From contig NC_067402.1 in the NCBI RefSeq assembly GCF_016432865.1, positions 100,688,001-100,752,000 on the forward strand: a stretch of 64,000 nucleotides of DNA, in the 5' to 3' direction. The first letter of the stretch is position 1. Each line of letters starts with the position of its first letter. The position numbers and the translations under genes were made by a program. The notes under the pieces were generated by a model that saw nothing but the letters and a program-made list of their open reading frames with translations, searched no databases and was not told where the DNA came from. This document shows, in pieces, positions 25,785 through 39,112 of the stretch. Source of the stretch: Antechinus flavipes. Its lineage: Eukaryota.

Positions 25785-26230
25785 GTTAGTTGGTTGCCAT
25801 TCTTCGTTCTTAAAGATGTCTTACAGAGAAATCACTGTGTTAGAGTTGAGTTATGGTGTGTCTGACTATGAGCTGATCAGATCTATTTGAGCTCAGAATG
25901 CTCTGCCACAGGTCAGACACAGATCGTTCCTTTGAACATTTGAGGAGGATCTCTAACTTTGCACGTCCCATGCCAGTGTCTCCCATGTCATACAATTGAT
26001 TCTAAAGTTCTTAAAAGAGCCCTTGAGAGTGTCCATGTATTGCTTTTTCTTATCACCTTGTGAGCACTTGCTCTGTGTGAATTCTCCATAAAATAAGTCT
26101 TTTTGGCAAGTGTACATTTTAGGAATTTCCTCATTAGCCCAGGCTTGCCTGAAGTCCCTTCTAGCAGTGAACTCTTTAACTCCCAAGGCAGGGATAATGT
26201 CAGATCTAACAAGTCTTAACTAGCTTGCTA
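25785..26230 (-). mobile_element. RTE-clade LINE 3' fragment
   Basis: Minus-strand reading KDLFYGEFTQSKCSQGDKKKQYMDTLKGSFKNFRINCMTWETLAWD, typical of the RTE ORF C-terminus; CAA-type tail. Confidence 0.85.
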
Positions 26231-26816
26231 GTAACTCAAATTTCACCATTCTCTCCAAAATCTTTGAGTAAAATTTGAGTTGTTCATTAGTAAGCATTTC
26301 AGGACATAACAAATCTGATATTATCCTGGAACACAGCCATATGCAACATGAGGTTACCTCATGCCACAAAAAAGACTTCAGAGCAGTAAAAAGAAAAACT
26401 GCTATTGTAGAAAGCCATTATTAATATTAATTATGGTTATCAACTGATTCACACACTCTAGTCCAAATTTTGTGTATAATCAGAAGCTTCTTTCCAAGGT
26501 CCCACATTGCCCAAAGCTATTTCTATTCTGGAGTTCTGGAGGTCAGTCAATGTCTTAGGGAGGATGTAGAGTCAAGACCGTTGTACAATCTATAATTAAC
26601 TTCATATAAGTATATACTTTGTAGGGTCTTTTCCTTTGGATTACTGAACCAGCTCATTACAGTGTCTTGAGCCTTGGGGTTTCTAGGCTGTCCTTACTTT
26701 CTCCCATACATTTTCTCTCCTATACATACTATGGAACCTCAATTGAATCTCTGTGTACCGTGTCTAACAAAGCCGTCATCTCTCTCCTTAGCCTCTTAGG
26801 TTTCCTGTGTGGGTCA

Positions 26817-26855
26817 CATTCATGTACAGCGGGGTGGTTATGTTGAATCCCTGTG
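26817..26855 (-). promoter_or_regulatory. Degenerate 23-RSS
   Basis: CACAGGG - 23 nt - ACATGAATG. Confidence 0.75.
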
Positions 26856-27337
26856 GCTTCACTGCTAGCACAGAAATACATAGCTGAGTCCCCTTTCTTT
26901 GGGGAGTCAAAAGTCAGGCTGCAGGGTGAGTTCGTGGGCCATTTAACTGATAATCGATTCTGGAACAACTGTGAACTCTCCAGAACTTGATCATCCTGTA
27001 GGTAAACCAAGAACTGCAATTCTTTTTCCAGGGACTGCTGATACCAGTAAATGTAACGGTGTCCTTTGATCGAGTCACATTTAAGCACTGCTTTCTGTTC
27101 TCTCTTTTTGATCATATATCTTGGTGTCTGAGACACCCCAGAATCCATGAGGCCTGTGAGGGAAGGAGACAAAAGACAGGATTTAAAACCTGGCTTGAAT
27201 CTAGCATTTGTAGCCCTCAGGTAAAGGTTTGAAGACAAAGTTGAGCCAGGCCAGAAGAGGAATTCCCCATCTATGCCCTTGGACTCACCTATTCCTAGGA
27301 AACAAATGGCCACATAGGAGAAGAGCCATATTCCCAT
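26856..27337 (-). CDS. TRBV: Open TRBV gene segment (TRBV16/21/23-like clan) with a weak RSS
   Basis: Leader 27337-27289 MGIWLFSYVAICFLGI-G (extra in-frame ATG at 27343), intron 27288-27154, V exon 27153-26856 LMDSGVSQTPRYMIKKREQKAVLKCDSIKGHRYIYWYQQ...SPCSLTFDSPKKGDSAMYFCASSEA. Confidence 0.92.
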
Positions 27338-29166
27338 AGTCATGGCTAAGGTAGAAATGTGGTATCCTTCACTTTATGTTGCCCTTTGTTAGAGGGATGG
27401 TTCTTTCTATTTAGCCAATTAGAATTCTCCTGTGGTATGACTATCTCCACGGGGCCAAGTATGACCCACATTAGTATAACAAGACCACCTCATAGTAGGA
27501 AAAGGAAAGACCTTTTCCAAAGCTAAATCTCTAGAATTATGAATGCAATGTATTCTTCCAGTTATTTTGGAGGCTAGAATAGCACCATGGACTGTGATTG
27601 TCACAATTTCATCCAAAATGATTGTCACTATTTCTTTCAAAGTGACACTACCAACAGCTGTGGGAAATCTATTCCATTAACATACTCACTTAGTTTAGTA
27701 TAGAAATTGGTCTCACCCTATAGGGAAGTAGGAAGGGAATGGGGAAAGGAAAGAAGGAAGCTTATAGAAGAGAGAATAGAAGAAGGAGAAGGATAAAAGG
27801 AGGGGGTCGAAAGATTCGTGTGAATCAAAGCATAGTATTCTCACATTTTGTTGTTGTTTGGTTGTTGTTTTTTTCTTTCTTGAGTTTTTTTTCTCTTTTG
27901 ATCTGATATTTCTTGCACAGCATGATGAATAGGGATGTATATTTAGAAGAATTGCACATGTTTAGCCTATATTGGATTAGTTGCTAACTGGGAGAAGGGA
28001 AAGGGAAAGGGAAGAAAGTTTGGAACATAAGATTTTGCAAAGGTGAATGTTGAAAACTATCTTTGCATATATTTGGGAAAATTAGATGCTATTAATTTTT
28101 AATGTATTTTAAAAAGGGGAAACCTATTTATTTATCTATTATCTGATTTTACAAAAAATGAGCTGAGTAAATCCTGTTGCCTCTACTTAGTGGTAATTCC
28201 AATTTTAAAAACTCCATGGTGGAGGCAACCTGGTATAGGAGATGAGACAGTGAATTTGGTGTCAGAAAGTCCTGAATTCAAATCCTACCTCAGACACATT
28301 CCCGCTGTTTTACCTTGGACAATTCACTTCAATTATCTATGTTTCAGTCTCCTTTAAAAACCTTTCTACCCCTAATCTATGTTCTTAAATCGATCCTACT
28401 TTCAGTCATAGTCTTTATATTGCTCTTAAAAACTTAGTGATTAGCTATTTCCCAGCTCTTCCCACTGACATGAAATTGAGGATTAAACAAAGTTCTGTAG
28501 AAGCAGAGACTAAACTTACTATTTCTCTAGTTAAACTCATTGAAACTCACAAGTGTAGAAATGTTCTACCAAAGCAAATTGTAATGACTTGTAATCTTAC
28601 AGAGTTGCCTAGCATTATCAAGTTAAGTGACTTGCCCATAGTATCTGTATATTTCAGAGGCAGAATCTGAACCCAGATTTTTCTGACTCCCAGGCCATAT
28701 TCAGTATGCTAACCATAGTTATTTTCATGTTAACTCCCCACATTAGATTGTGAGAGCTTCAGGATTAGATACTGGCTTTTACCTTTCTTTATATTCATAG
28801 CACTTAGAAGTGCTCAAAATATAGTAGATACTTAACAAAAGTTTATTCACTGACTCAAGTGCTATGAATGTAAATTATTATTATTGAGAACAAGAACAAT
28901 AATTATAATTAGTCTCTTCATATTACTTCTTTCTCTACTAAAAACAAACAAAAAGTCCCTTTATTATTACTCTTCTGAAACATTGTCCTGAATAGCATTT
29001 CCTTATTTTATGAAAACCTTAGTGAGATACCATTACCTACCAAATAAAATATAAATAAATTAGTTTAGTATTTAAGGTCCTTTAGAATCTGATCCAATTT
29101 ATCTATGTACCCTTACTTTAATATTTTCACAGTAAGCTCACATAAACTGAAGAAAGAAGTTTGTAA

Positions 29167-29660
29167 ATGAAAATGTTTGTGGCAGCCCTGTTTGTAGTGG
29201 CTAGAAACTGGAAACTGAGTGGATGCCTATCAATTGGAGAATGGCTGAATAAATTGTGGTATATGAATATTATGGAATATTATTATTCTGTAAGAAATGA
29301 CCAACAGGATGAATACAGAGAGGCTTGGAGAGATTTACATGAACTGATGCTAAGTGAAATGAGCAGAACCAGGAGATTATTATACATGGCAACAATAAGA
29401 CAATAAGATAATCAATTCTGATGGGCGTGGCTCTCTTCAATAATGAGATGATTCAAACCAATTCCACTTGTTCAGTAATGAAGAGAGCCATCTACACCTA
29501 GAGAGAGGACCATGGCAACTGAGTGTGGACCACAACATAGCATTCTCACTCTTTCCGTTGTTTGCATGCATTTTGTTTTCTTTCTCAGTTTTTTTTCTTC
29601 TTGATCCGATTTTTCTTGTGCAACAAGATAATTGTATAAATATGTATACATAAAAAAAGA
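29167..29660 (+). mobile_element. 5'-truncated L1 3' end (ORF2 C-terminus, 3'UTR, A tail)
   Basis: [31 protein letters not shown]...[11 protein letters not shown], then UTR and an A-rich tail. Confidence 0.9.
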
Positions 29661-30119
29661 AGCTTTCAAATGCCAACGGCCACAACACAAACTAGAATGT
29701 TAATGAGACTATGAATTCCTTTATCCTTTGGCTATATGAAAACAAATATTTTCTATTTAAAGTGGCTTAAATCTTACTTGGTTGGAAGCAGAGGATTGAT
29801 TGGTGGTTTTTATTTGAATTCTGAAAATTAGTCCAACATTAAATAACTTAACCTCTATTATCTGAGATAGTTTCTCTCTCAGCTTATGCTTGTCATCTGG
29901 GGAAAAAAAGGACTGTCCACAAACTCTCTTCCCCTGGCACACAGCTGCAATACAGGGCCAATTGTCAGTAGTTAGTCTCCTCAGAACTAGCTGAAGATTG
30001 GTGGTTGATACAATGAAAAAACCCTATATTTAAAGGCATTCTGTTTTCCCTGCATCTGTTTCCCCAAACCTGATTTAACTGCTCTCTCTGACAGGATACT
30101 CAGTATTTCCATAGATCCA

Positions 30120-30138
30120 CAGTGACTCCTAGTGGCCA
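30120..30138 (-). promoter_or_regulatory. CTCF-like motif
   Basis: cagtgactcctagtggcca, about 2.8 kb upstream of the 26.9-kb TRBV. Confidence 0.5.
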
Positions 30139-31981
30139 CTGGGGCAATGATCAAGAATCACATTGATCCCTGGAAAGTTGAGCAAAGTTGCAGCAATGAC
30201 ATTAGGAGAGAGAAAAGAAAGTTGTAAAAATACTTTCAATGAGTCAATCAGAGTTTTCCCCTAAAGTTCCTAGCAAGCAGTTCTTAAAGTCATAGCAGAA
30301 CTTCAAATTATTTTGACAAATTCCTTGTACCTCTATGTCCATACTCCCCCACAGGATAAGACAAAAATGTCTAAAACAGCCATTTCTACCTTCTCCTACT
30401 TCTCTCAACCAAACTAGAGTGGGCAGGAAGGTAGCACAGTAGCTGGAGAACCAGGCGAAGAGTTGGAAGGAAGACCTGAATTCAAACTTCAGTTCAAATC
30501 TAGCCCCACACACTCTATCTATGTAACCCTGGGATAGTCACTTAACTTTGTTTGTCTTAGTTTCCTTATTTATAAAATGAGCTGGAGAAGAAAATGCCAA
30601 ACCACTCAAACAAATTTCTCCAAAGGTTTCTCATACATAACTTTTCTAAAATTCCATTCACCTCCTTAACTTCTTTCTTGTTCATTTTGTAGTTAGATTT
30701 ATTTAGTTTTGACAGAGGGAGGCTAAGATTCTTCCCCCCTCCCCCAATATAGTTTTGCTGTCTATTTCTTCTGGCAACTCATTTAATTCCCACTCCAGAA
30801 TTTTTGCCAAAAGAAGCTTAAATGGGATCATGAAGAATCAAACATGACTGAAAAAAATGACTTAACTATAATAAAATAAATACATTTACAAAGGGAGTTG
30901 AGAGGTACATAATTGTTGAACATTGTACACATTTTCAGAGTTTTTCAATGTATTGATCAATTATGCGGTTTTTGTTCTCCTTTTTTGTCTTTAAGAAATA
31001 CCATTTGAAATATAAGATGGCTTCCAAAAAGAAAAGGAAGGGGAGAATTATACCAATGTTAAAACAAGATATCAATAAAAATTTATATTTTAAGGGAAAA
31101 AATACAGTATTTTCTTGTATCTGACAACATGGGAACAAAGTATCTCTTCCTTAATAATTATGAGTTAGTCTTTTTCCTTCAGACCCTTCCTCCATAACAG
31201 TGGAGTACTTTCAATAAGTGCTATCAGATGATCACTACCACAAATAGTGGATTTTGGGGACCAATATTTTCCTGGTGATGTTCTATAGCTATAAATTATG
31301 AAACATCATCTTCTAAGAAGAATCAAAAATTTAAGCCCAAAGGACTTTCCCAGCACTTCACTCTTACTAGCCTGCAACATTTTCCAGTAATTGGGGGTGA
31401 AGGTCTCTTTTAGCCCTGTACCTACAACCATGTGAATAAGTAGAACCTACTTCATCCTGATTAAATACATCATTCAAATCATCTGACCATCTGACATATC
31501 ATCACTTTTAGATGAGATTAAAGTGCCCAGAGTCATACAACTCAGTGTCTCAATCTGGATCTGAACTCAAGTTTTCCTGACTCAAGACCCAATGTTTTAT
31601 CCACTGCCACACCTAGCTGCTCCAATATAGATTATATAAATATAGATACAAATGTTATCAATATAGATGATACAGATGTAGATAATATAAATATAGATAT
31701 GAGAGGCAGGATATCATAGAAGATAGAAGACTAGATTCAGAGGTAGGAAAAGTTGGATCAATTCTTGCATCTGATATATAAAGTACTGGTAAAGTGTTAT
31801 TGTCATCGTTGTTGAATCGTGTCCAACTTTTTGTGACCCCATTCAGGGTTTTCTCAGCAAAGATACTGGAAGGGCTTGCCACTTCCTTCTCTAGTTCATC
31901 TTACAGACAAGGAATTGAGACAAATAGGATTAAGTGATTTTCTCAGAGTCACAGAGCTGGTGAGTGTGTGAAGCCAATTTT

Positions 31982-33060
31982 GAACTTATAAAATCTTCCT
32001 GACTCCAGACTTATCACCCTATTCATTGCTGCCTCTAGTTACTGGTGGAATAATCCTAAAGCATCTCCCCTGAGACTTGCTCCTAAGAAGGGGCTGTCCA
32101 GGAATCTCTGCCTCTCCCCCATTGGTCACTATTCCCCTCTCCCTCAATTGAATATATTTTATTCCACTTGCCCCAGTTACATTTTGCAACTGTTTCCAGG
32201 AGTGTAAAAATTCCTGGTCATGACTACTCTAAACAAGAGAACAACAACAAAAAAGAAAACAATAAAATTTCCATGGCTTCTCTTAAGGAACTAGGTTTAT
32301 CACGAGGCTCTACTTCCTTAGACCTGAACAAATTATTCCTAAATCCTACCCACCTTGCCCAAACCCCAGCATTGACTTAATCTGACCCCTTGATTGCCAT
32401 AATAATTTTTGCTACGAATATGCAGGAATTGAGAGATGCTTACCTAATTGTGAACTTCCTTTACTAAACTTTTATTATATAAGTAAAATGAATTATATAA
32501 ATAAAATGAATAAAACAAAAATAAATAATAAATAAATATAAATAAAAGGAATTATATAAATAAAATGAATAAAATTTTATTATATAAATAAAATGAATAT
32601 TATGTTTACATTTAGGGAGAAAGAAACTCCCAGTTCAAGAGAAGTTTAATAAAGAGAATGATGAACTGGGAGTCAGTAACATCCACATTTAAATAATGCA
32701 ATACACTTGCTGGTTGTGCTACCTTACGCAAGACTTTTAACTACTCTGTCCCTCAGTTTCCTCATTTGTAAAATGAGTGTATTGAATTGAATGTTCTCTT
32801 AGGTCCCTTCCAGCTATAAATGTTTAATTTTATTAATTGGCCAAATGGAATTCACTTAAGATCAGCATGCCATATAGATATCACACATGTCCTTTTGGGT
32901 TTAGGAGATTAGAAAAACTATATATTTATTGATGAGACCAGAAGATCAGGATGGTGATATGAATAAGTTTGCTTCTTACTATAGAGCATCCCACAGTCTC
33001 CTTGTTATCGGATTATTTTGGTGGTTGTTGCTATTTTTCCTTCTTTTTCAAAGAAGACCA
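31982..33060 (+). repeat. 1,079-bp direct repeat, copy 1 (left of L1)
   Basis: gaacttataaaatc...ttcaaagaagacca; aligns without gaps to 39113-40191, about 15 substitutions counted by eye. Confidence 0.97.
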
Positions 33061-33066
33061 CTTCCA

Positions 33067-36000
33067 TCAAAATATGTCCTCATACAATATCGTTGTCGAA
33101 GTGTATAATGATCTCCTGGTTCTGCTCATTTCACTTAGCATCAGTTCATGTAGGTCTCTCCAAGCCTCTCTGTATTCATCCTGCTGGTCATTTCTTACAG
33201 AACAATAATATTCCATAACATTCATATACCACAATTTACCCAGCCATTCTCCAATTGATGGGCATCCATTCATTTTCCAGTTTCTAGCCACTACAAACAG
33301 GGCTGCTACAAACATTTTGGCACATACAGGTCCCTTTCCCTTCTTTAGTATTTCTTTGGGATATAAGCCCAATAGAAACACTGCTGGATCAAAGGATATG
33401 CACATTTTGATAATTTTTTGGGCATAATTCCAGATTGCTCTCCAGAATGGTTGGATTCGTTCACAACTCCACCAACAATGCATTAGTGTCCCAGTTTTCC
33501 CGCATCCCCTCCAACATTCATCATTATTTTTTCCTGTCATCTTAGCCAATCTGACAGGTGTGTAGTGGTATCTCAGAGTTGTCTTAATTTGCATTTCTCT
33601 GATCAATAATGATTTGGAACACTCTTTCATATGAGTGGTAATAGTTTCAATCTCATCCTCTGAAAATTGTCTGTTCATATCCTTTGACCATTTATCAATT
33701 GGAGAATGGCTTGATTTCTTATAAATTTGAGTCAGTTCTCTATATATTTTGGAAATGAGGCCTTTATCAGAACCTTTAACTGTGAAAATGTTTTCCCAGT
33801 TTGTTGCTTCCCTTCTAATCTTGTTTGCATTAGTTTTATTTGTACAAAGGCTTTTTAATTTGATGTAATCGAAATTTTCTATTCTGTGATCAGTAATGGT
33901 CTCTAGTTCATCTTTGGTCACAAATTCTTTCTCCTCCACAAGTCTGAGAGATAAACTATTCTATGTTCCTCTAATTTATTTATAATCTCGTTCTTTATGC
34001 CTAGGTCATAGACCCATTTTGATCTTATCTTGGTATATGGTGTTAAGTGTGGGTCCATGCCTAATTTCTGCCATACTAATTTCCAATTATCCCAGCAGTT
34101 TTTATCAAATAATGAATTCTTTTCCCAGAAGTTAGGGGCTTTGGGTTTGTCAAACACTAGATTGCTATAATTGACTATTCTGTCTTGTGAGCCTAGCCTT
34201 TTCCACTGATCCACTAATCTATTTCTTAGCCAATACCAAATGGTTTTGGTGACTGCTGCTTTATAATATAATTTTAGATCAGGTACAGCTAGGCCACCTT
34301 CATTTGATTTTTTTTTCATTAATTCCCTTGAGATTCTCGACTTTTTATTGTTCCATATGAATTTTGTTGTTATTTTTTCTAGATCAATAAAATATTTTCT
34401 TGGAAGTCTGATTGGTATAGCACTAAATAAATAGATTAGTTTAGGGAGTATTGTCATCTTTATTATGTTCGCTCGGCCGATCCAAGAGCACTTAATATTT
34501 TTCCAATTATTTAAGTCTGACTTTATTTGTGTGGAGACTTTTTTATAATTTTGCTCATATAATTCCTGACTTTCCTTTGGTAGATAGATTCCCAAATATT
34601 TTATGGTATCAACAGTTATTCTGAATGGAATTTCTCTTTGTATCTCTTGCTGTTGGGTTTTGTTGGTGATGTATAAAAATGCTGAGGATTTATGGGGATT
34701 TATTTTGTAGCCAGCTACTTTGCTAAAATTATGAATTATTTCCAATAGCTTTTTGGTAGAATCTCTGGGGTTCTCTAGGTATACCATCATATCATCTGCA
34801 AAGAGTGATAGTTTGGTTTCCTCATTGCCTACTCTAATTCCTTTTATATCTTTCTCGACTCTTATTGCCGAGGCTAGTGTTTCTAATACGATATTAAATA
34901 ATAATGGTGATAGTGGGCAACCTTGCTTCACTCCAGATCTTACTGGGAAAGGTTCCAGTTTTTCCCCATTGCATATGATGCTTACTGATGGTTTTAAATA
35001 TATGCTCCTGACTATTTTAAGGAAAAGTCCATTTATTCCTATGCTCTCAAGTGTTTTTATTAGGAATGGATGTTGGATTTTATCAAATGCTTTTTCTGCA
35101 TCTATTGAGATGATCATGTGGTTTTTGTTTGGTTGGTTATTGATATAGTCAATTATGCTAATAGTTTTCCTAATATTGAACCAGCCCTGCATTCCTGGTA
35201 TAAATCCTACTTGGTCGTAGTGTATTATCCTGGTGACAATTTTCTGTAATCTTTTTGCTAATATTTTATTTAAGATTTTAGCATCAATATTCATTAAGGA
35301 GATTGGTCTATAATTTTCTTTCTCTGTTTTCAGCCTACCTGGTTTAGGTATCAGTACCATATCTGTGTCATAAAAGGAGTTTGGTAGGACTCCTTCAATC
35401 CCTATTTTTTCAAATAGTTTATATAGCATTGGAGTTAATTGTTCTTTAAATGTTTGGTAGAATTCACATGTAAATCCATCTGGTCCTGGGGATTTTTTCT
35501 TAGGGAGTTGATTGATAGTTTGTTCTATTTCTTTTTCTGAGATGGGACTGTTTAGGATATTTACTTCTTCCTCTGTTAGTTTGGGCAAGCTGTATTTTTG
35601 GAGGTATTTTTCTATTTCATTTAAGTTGTCGAATTTATTGGCATAAAGTTGGGCAAAGTAACTCCTAATTATTGCTCTAATTTCCTCTTCGTTAGTGGTG
35701 AGTTCTCCCTTTTCATTTTTAAGACTAACAATTTGATTTTCCTCTTTCCTTTTTTTAATCAGATTTACTAAGGGTTTGTCTATTTTGTTGGTTTTTTCAT
35801 AGAACCAACTCTTAGTTTTATTAATCAATTCAATAGTTTTTTTACTTTCAATTTTATTGATCTCACCTTTTACTTTTAGAATTTCAAGTTTAGTGTTTGA
35901 CTGGGGGTTTTTAATTTGTTCCTTTTCTAGCATTTTTAATTGCAAACCCAATTCATTGACCTTCTCTTTCTCTATTTTATACAAATAGGCCTCTAGAGAT

Positions 36001-36896
36001 ATGAAATTTCCCCTTATTACCGCTTTGGCTGCATCCCATACATTTTGGTATGATGTCTCATTATTATCGTTTTCTTGGGTGAAGTTATTAATTATGTCTA
36101 TGATTTGCTGTTTTACCCAATCATTCTTTAGTATGAGATTATTTAGTTTCCAATTATTTTTTGGTCTACTTCCCCCTGCTTTTTTGTTGAATGTAATTTT
36201 CATTGCATCGTGGTCTGAAAAGGATGCATTTACTATTTCTGCCTTACTACATTTGAGTTTGAGGTTTTTATGTCCTAATATATGGTCAATTTTTGTATAG
36301 GTTCCATGAACTGCTGAAAAGAAAGTGTATTCCTTTCTGTCTCCATTACATTTTCTCCAGAGATCTATCATATCTAGCTTTTCTAGTATTCTGTTTACCT
36401 CTTTGACTTCTTTCTTATTTATTTTCTGGTTTGATTTATCTAATTCTGAGAGTGCAAGGTTAAGATCTCCCACTATTATAGTTTTACTGTCTATTTCTTC
36501 TTGCAGCTCTCTTAGTTTCTCTTTTAAGAATTTAGATGCTACCCCACTTGGTGCATATATGTTTAATATAGATAGTGCTTCATTATCCATGCTACCCTTT
36601 AGCAAGATATAGTGTCCTTCCTTATCTCTTTTAATTAGGTCAATTTTTGCTTTAGCTTGATCTGAGATCAGGATGGCTACCCCTGCTTTTTTGACTTCAC
36701 CTGAAGCATAGTAGATTTTGCTCCAACCTTTTACCTTTAACCTGCATGTATCTCCCCGCTTCAGGTGTGTTTCCTGTAAACAACATATTGTAGGATTCTG
36801 GCTTTTAATCCATTCTGCTAACCGCTTCCTCTTTATGGGGGAGTTTACCCCGTTCACGTTTATGGTTAGAATGACCAATTCTGTATTACTTGCCAT
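33067..36896 (-). CDS. L1 ORF2p (endonuclease and reverse transcriptase), split by one frameshift at ~33920-33935
   Basis: 992-aa ORF (NVNG, CLQETH, GDLN, SDH, FADD) overlaps a 290-aa C-terminal ORF carrying [18 protein letters not shown]; joining needs one extra base in AGGAGAAAGAATTTG. Confidence 0.93.
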
Positions 36897-37416
36897 CTTG
36901 TTAACCCGGTTTATGCTTTCCTCCCTTCTTTCCCCTTTCCCCCCCTTCCAAGTATTAAGCTTGTGAGCACCCCTTGCTTCTCACAGCCCTCCCTTTTTAG
37001 TGTCCCTCCCCCCGCCTTAGAGTTCCTCCCCCTATCTTACCCCTTTCCCTCCCAGTTCCCGTATTCCCTTCCGCTTAGCTTATTCCTTCCCTTTCCACTT
37101 TTCCCTTCTCACTTTTCAATGAGATGGGAGAAGTTTCATCATAGATTGAATATGTCTTAAGATTTTTCACTTAAAGCCAATTCTGAAGGCAGTAAGATAC
37201 CCACTATATTCATCCCCCTCCATTCTTTCTCTCAGATATAATAGGTTTCCTATGCCTCTTCATGAGATGTACTACCCCCACTTTACCCTTTTTCTGGTAC
37301 AATGTCCTTTCCACATCAATTTCTAGAACAAGGTATACATGTATTCTTTATACATCTATATAGTCAAAATATAGTTCCCAAGATTAATCTTTACCTTTTT
37401 AGATTTCTCTTGAGTT

Positions 37417-38520
37417 CTATATTTGTAGATCAAACTTTTTGTTAAGTTCTGGTTTTTTCATCAGAAATAGATGAAATTCGCTTACTTCGTTGAATGTCCA
37501 TCTTCTTCCCTGGTAAAAGATGCTCATTCTCGCTGGGTAAGTTATTTTTGGTTGCATACCAAGTTCCTTAGCCTTTCGGAATATCATATTCCAGGCCCTT
37601 CGATCTTTTAATGTGGATGCTGCCAGATCCTGGGTGATCCTTATTGTGGCTCCTTGATACTTGAATTGGGTTTTTCTAGCCGCTTGCAATATTTTTTCTT
37701 TCATCTGAGGGTTCTGGCATTTGGCCACTATATTCCTTGGTGTTTTGATTTTAGGATCCCTTTCAGTGGGTGATCGATGAATCCTTTCAATGTTTATTTT
37801 TTCCTCTGTTCCTATGACTTCTGGGCAGTTCTCTTTGATAATTTCCTGGAAGACAGTGTCCAGGCTCTTTTTTTCATCATGTTTTTCTGGGAGTCCAATG
37901 ATTCTCAGATTGTCTCTCCTGGATCTGTTTTCCAGGTCTGTTGTCTTCCCCAGAAGGTATTTCACATTTTTCTCCATTGTTTGATTTTTTTGGATTTGCT
38001 TGACTGATTCTTCTTGTCTCCTCGAGTCATTCAATTCCACTTGTTCAATTCTGATTTTCAGTGAAGTATTCTCTTCACTCACTTTTTTAAAATCTTTTTC
38101 TAATTGTCCAATTGAGTTCTTTTGTTCTGTGGAATTTTTTTCCATTTCGCCAATTTTGTTTTTTAGAGAGCTGTTTTCTGTTTCCAGTTCACTAATCCTA
38201 TTTTTCAAGGATTTTACTTCTTTATCCACTCTCTCTTTAACTTTCTCCAGGCTCTTTTGCCAAGCCTCCCTCTCCTTTTCCCAAGCTTCCCTCTCCTTTT
38301 GCCAAGCCTCACTCTGCTTTCCCCATTTTTCTTCTAGCTCTCTTGTGAGAGCCTTTTTAATCACTTCTATGAGGTTCATCTGTGCTGAGGAACAGACGAT
38401 CTCCTCCTTTGGGGAATCACCTGGGGACTGCCTGTTTTTAGTCTCCTCAGGATTTAGAGTCTGCTCTCTATCTGTATAGAAGCTGTCAAGGGTTAAAGTC
38501 CTCTTCAGCTTCTTGCTCAT
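37417..38520 (-). CDS. L1 ORF1p (coiled coil, RRM, CTD), intact 367 aa
   Basis: ENRSRRDNLRIIGLPE, IERIHRSP, IRITQDLA, YPARMSI motifs; no stops. Confidence 0.95.
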   Translation of the reverse strand: MSKKLKRTLTLDSFYTDREQTLNPEETKNRQSPGDSPKEEIVCSSAQMNLIEVIKKALTRELEEKWGKQSEAWQKEREAWEKEREAWQKSLEKVKERVDKEVKSLKNRISELETENSSLKNKIGEMEKNSTEQKNSIGQLEKDFKKVSEENTSLKIRIEQVELNDSRRQEESVKQIQKNQTMEKNVKYLLGKTTDLENRSRRDNLRIIGLPEKHDEKKSLDTVFQEIIKENCPEVIGTEEKINIERIHRSPTERDPKIKTPRNIVAKCQNPQMKEKILQAARKTQFKYQGATIRITQDLAASTLKDRRAWNMIFRKAKELGMQPKITYPARMSIFYQGRRWTFNEVSEFHLFLMKKPELNKKFDLQI

Positions 38521-39112
38521 TCTGTCTATTAATCAGAGACAAACTACCAAAGAAAAACAGAAAAAACTGGAGTCTTTCTTTGGGGGGGGGCTGGGTGTGT
38601 TATCGAGCTTCCTCTACAGACTGCAGGGGGCAGCAGTGAGGCACTAGCAGGACTGTGCTGCGCCTGCGCTCTGAGATCCCAAAGCGTGCTGAGTCACTGA
38701 GGGGGGGGGAAGGGGGGGCGGCCAGGTCCTGAGAGACTCCAGCTGTTTGCGGTTGTGTTCTTCAGCCCCGGTGTTTTTAGCTTCTCTGCTGGGCTGCTGA
38801 CTTGCTGCAGGTTCCAAACCTGTAGCGAAGCTCTCCCCGCAGAGACAGCTACGATCACTCCCCACCCCCTCTCAGCTCTGCTCCCGTGCTCTCACTGCCG
38901 CTGCCCTCAGCCTGCGCCCGATCTAAAACCGCCCCAGCCCTCCAGTAAAGACAGACCTTTCTTGGCGGATCTCAAGGATGGCTTCTCTTGGTAACTATTT
39001 GTGGGTTTTTTTCAGTCAAGCATTGATTCAGAGGCTTGTAATGAAGTGGATAGTGAGAGAAAGCGCGGAGCTTATGCAACTGTGAGCCTCCTCTCCGCCA
39101 TCTTAACCGGAA

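Noticed and set aside
32168-32380. 70-aa ORF MPQLHFAT..., repeated at 39299-39511
   Set aside because: TTG start, no recognisable motif; it recurs only because it lies inside the 1,079-bp duplication.
34753-38479. Plus-strand ORFs of 60-160 aa inside the L1
   Set aside because: Antisense shadows of ORF1 and ORF2; no independent coding signal.
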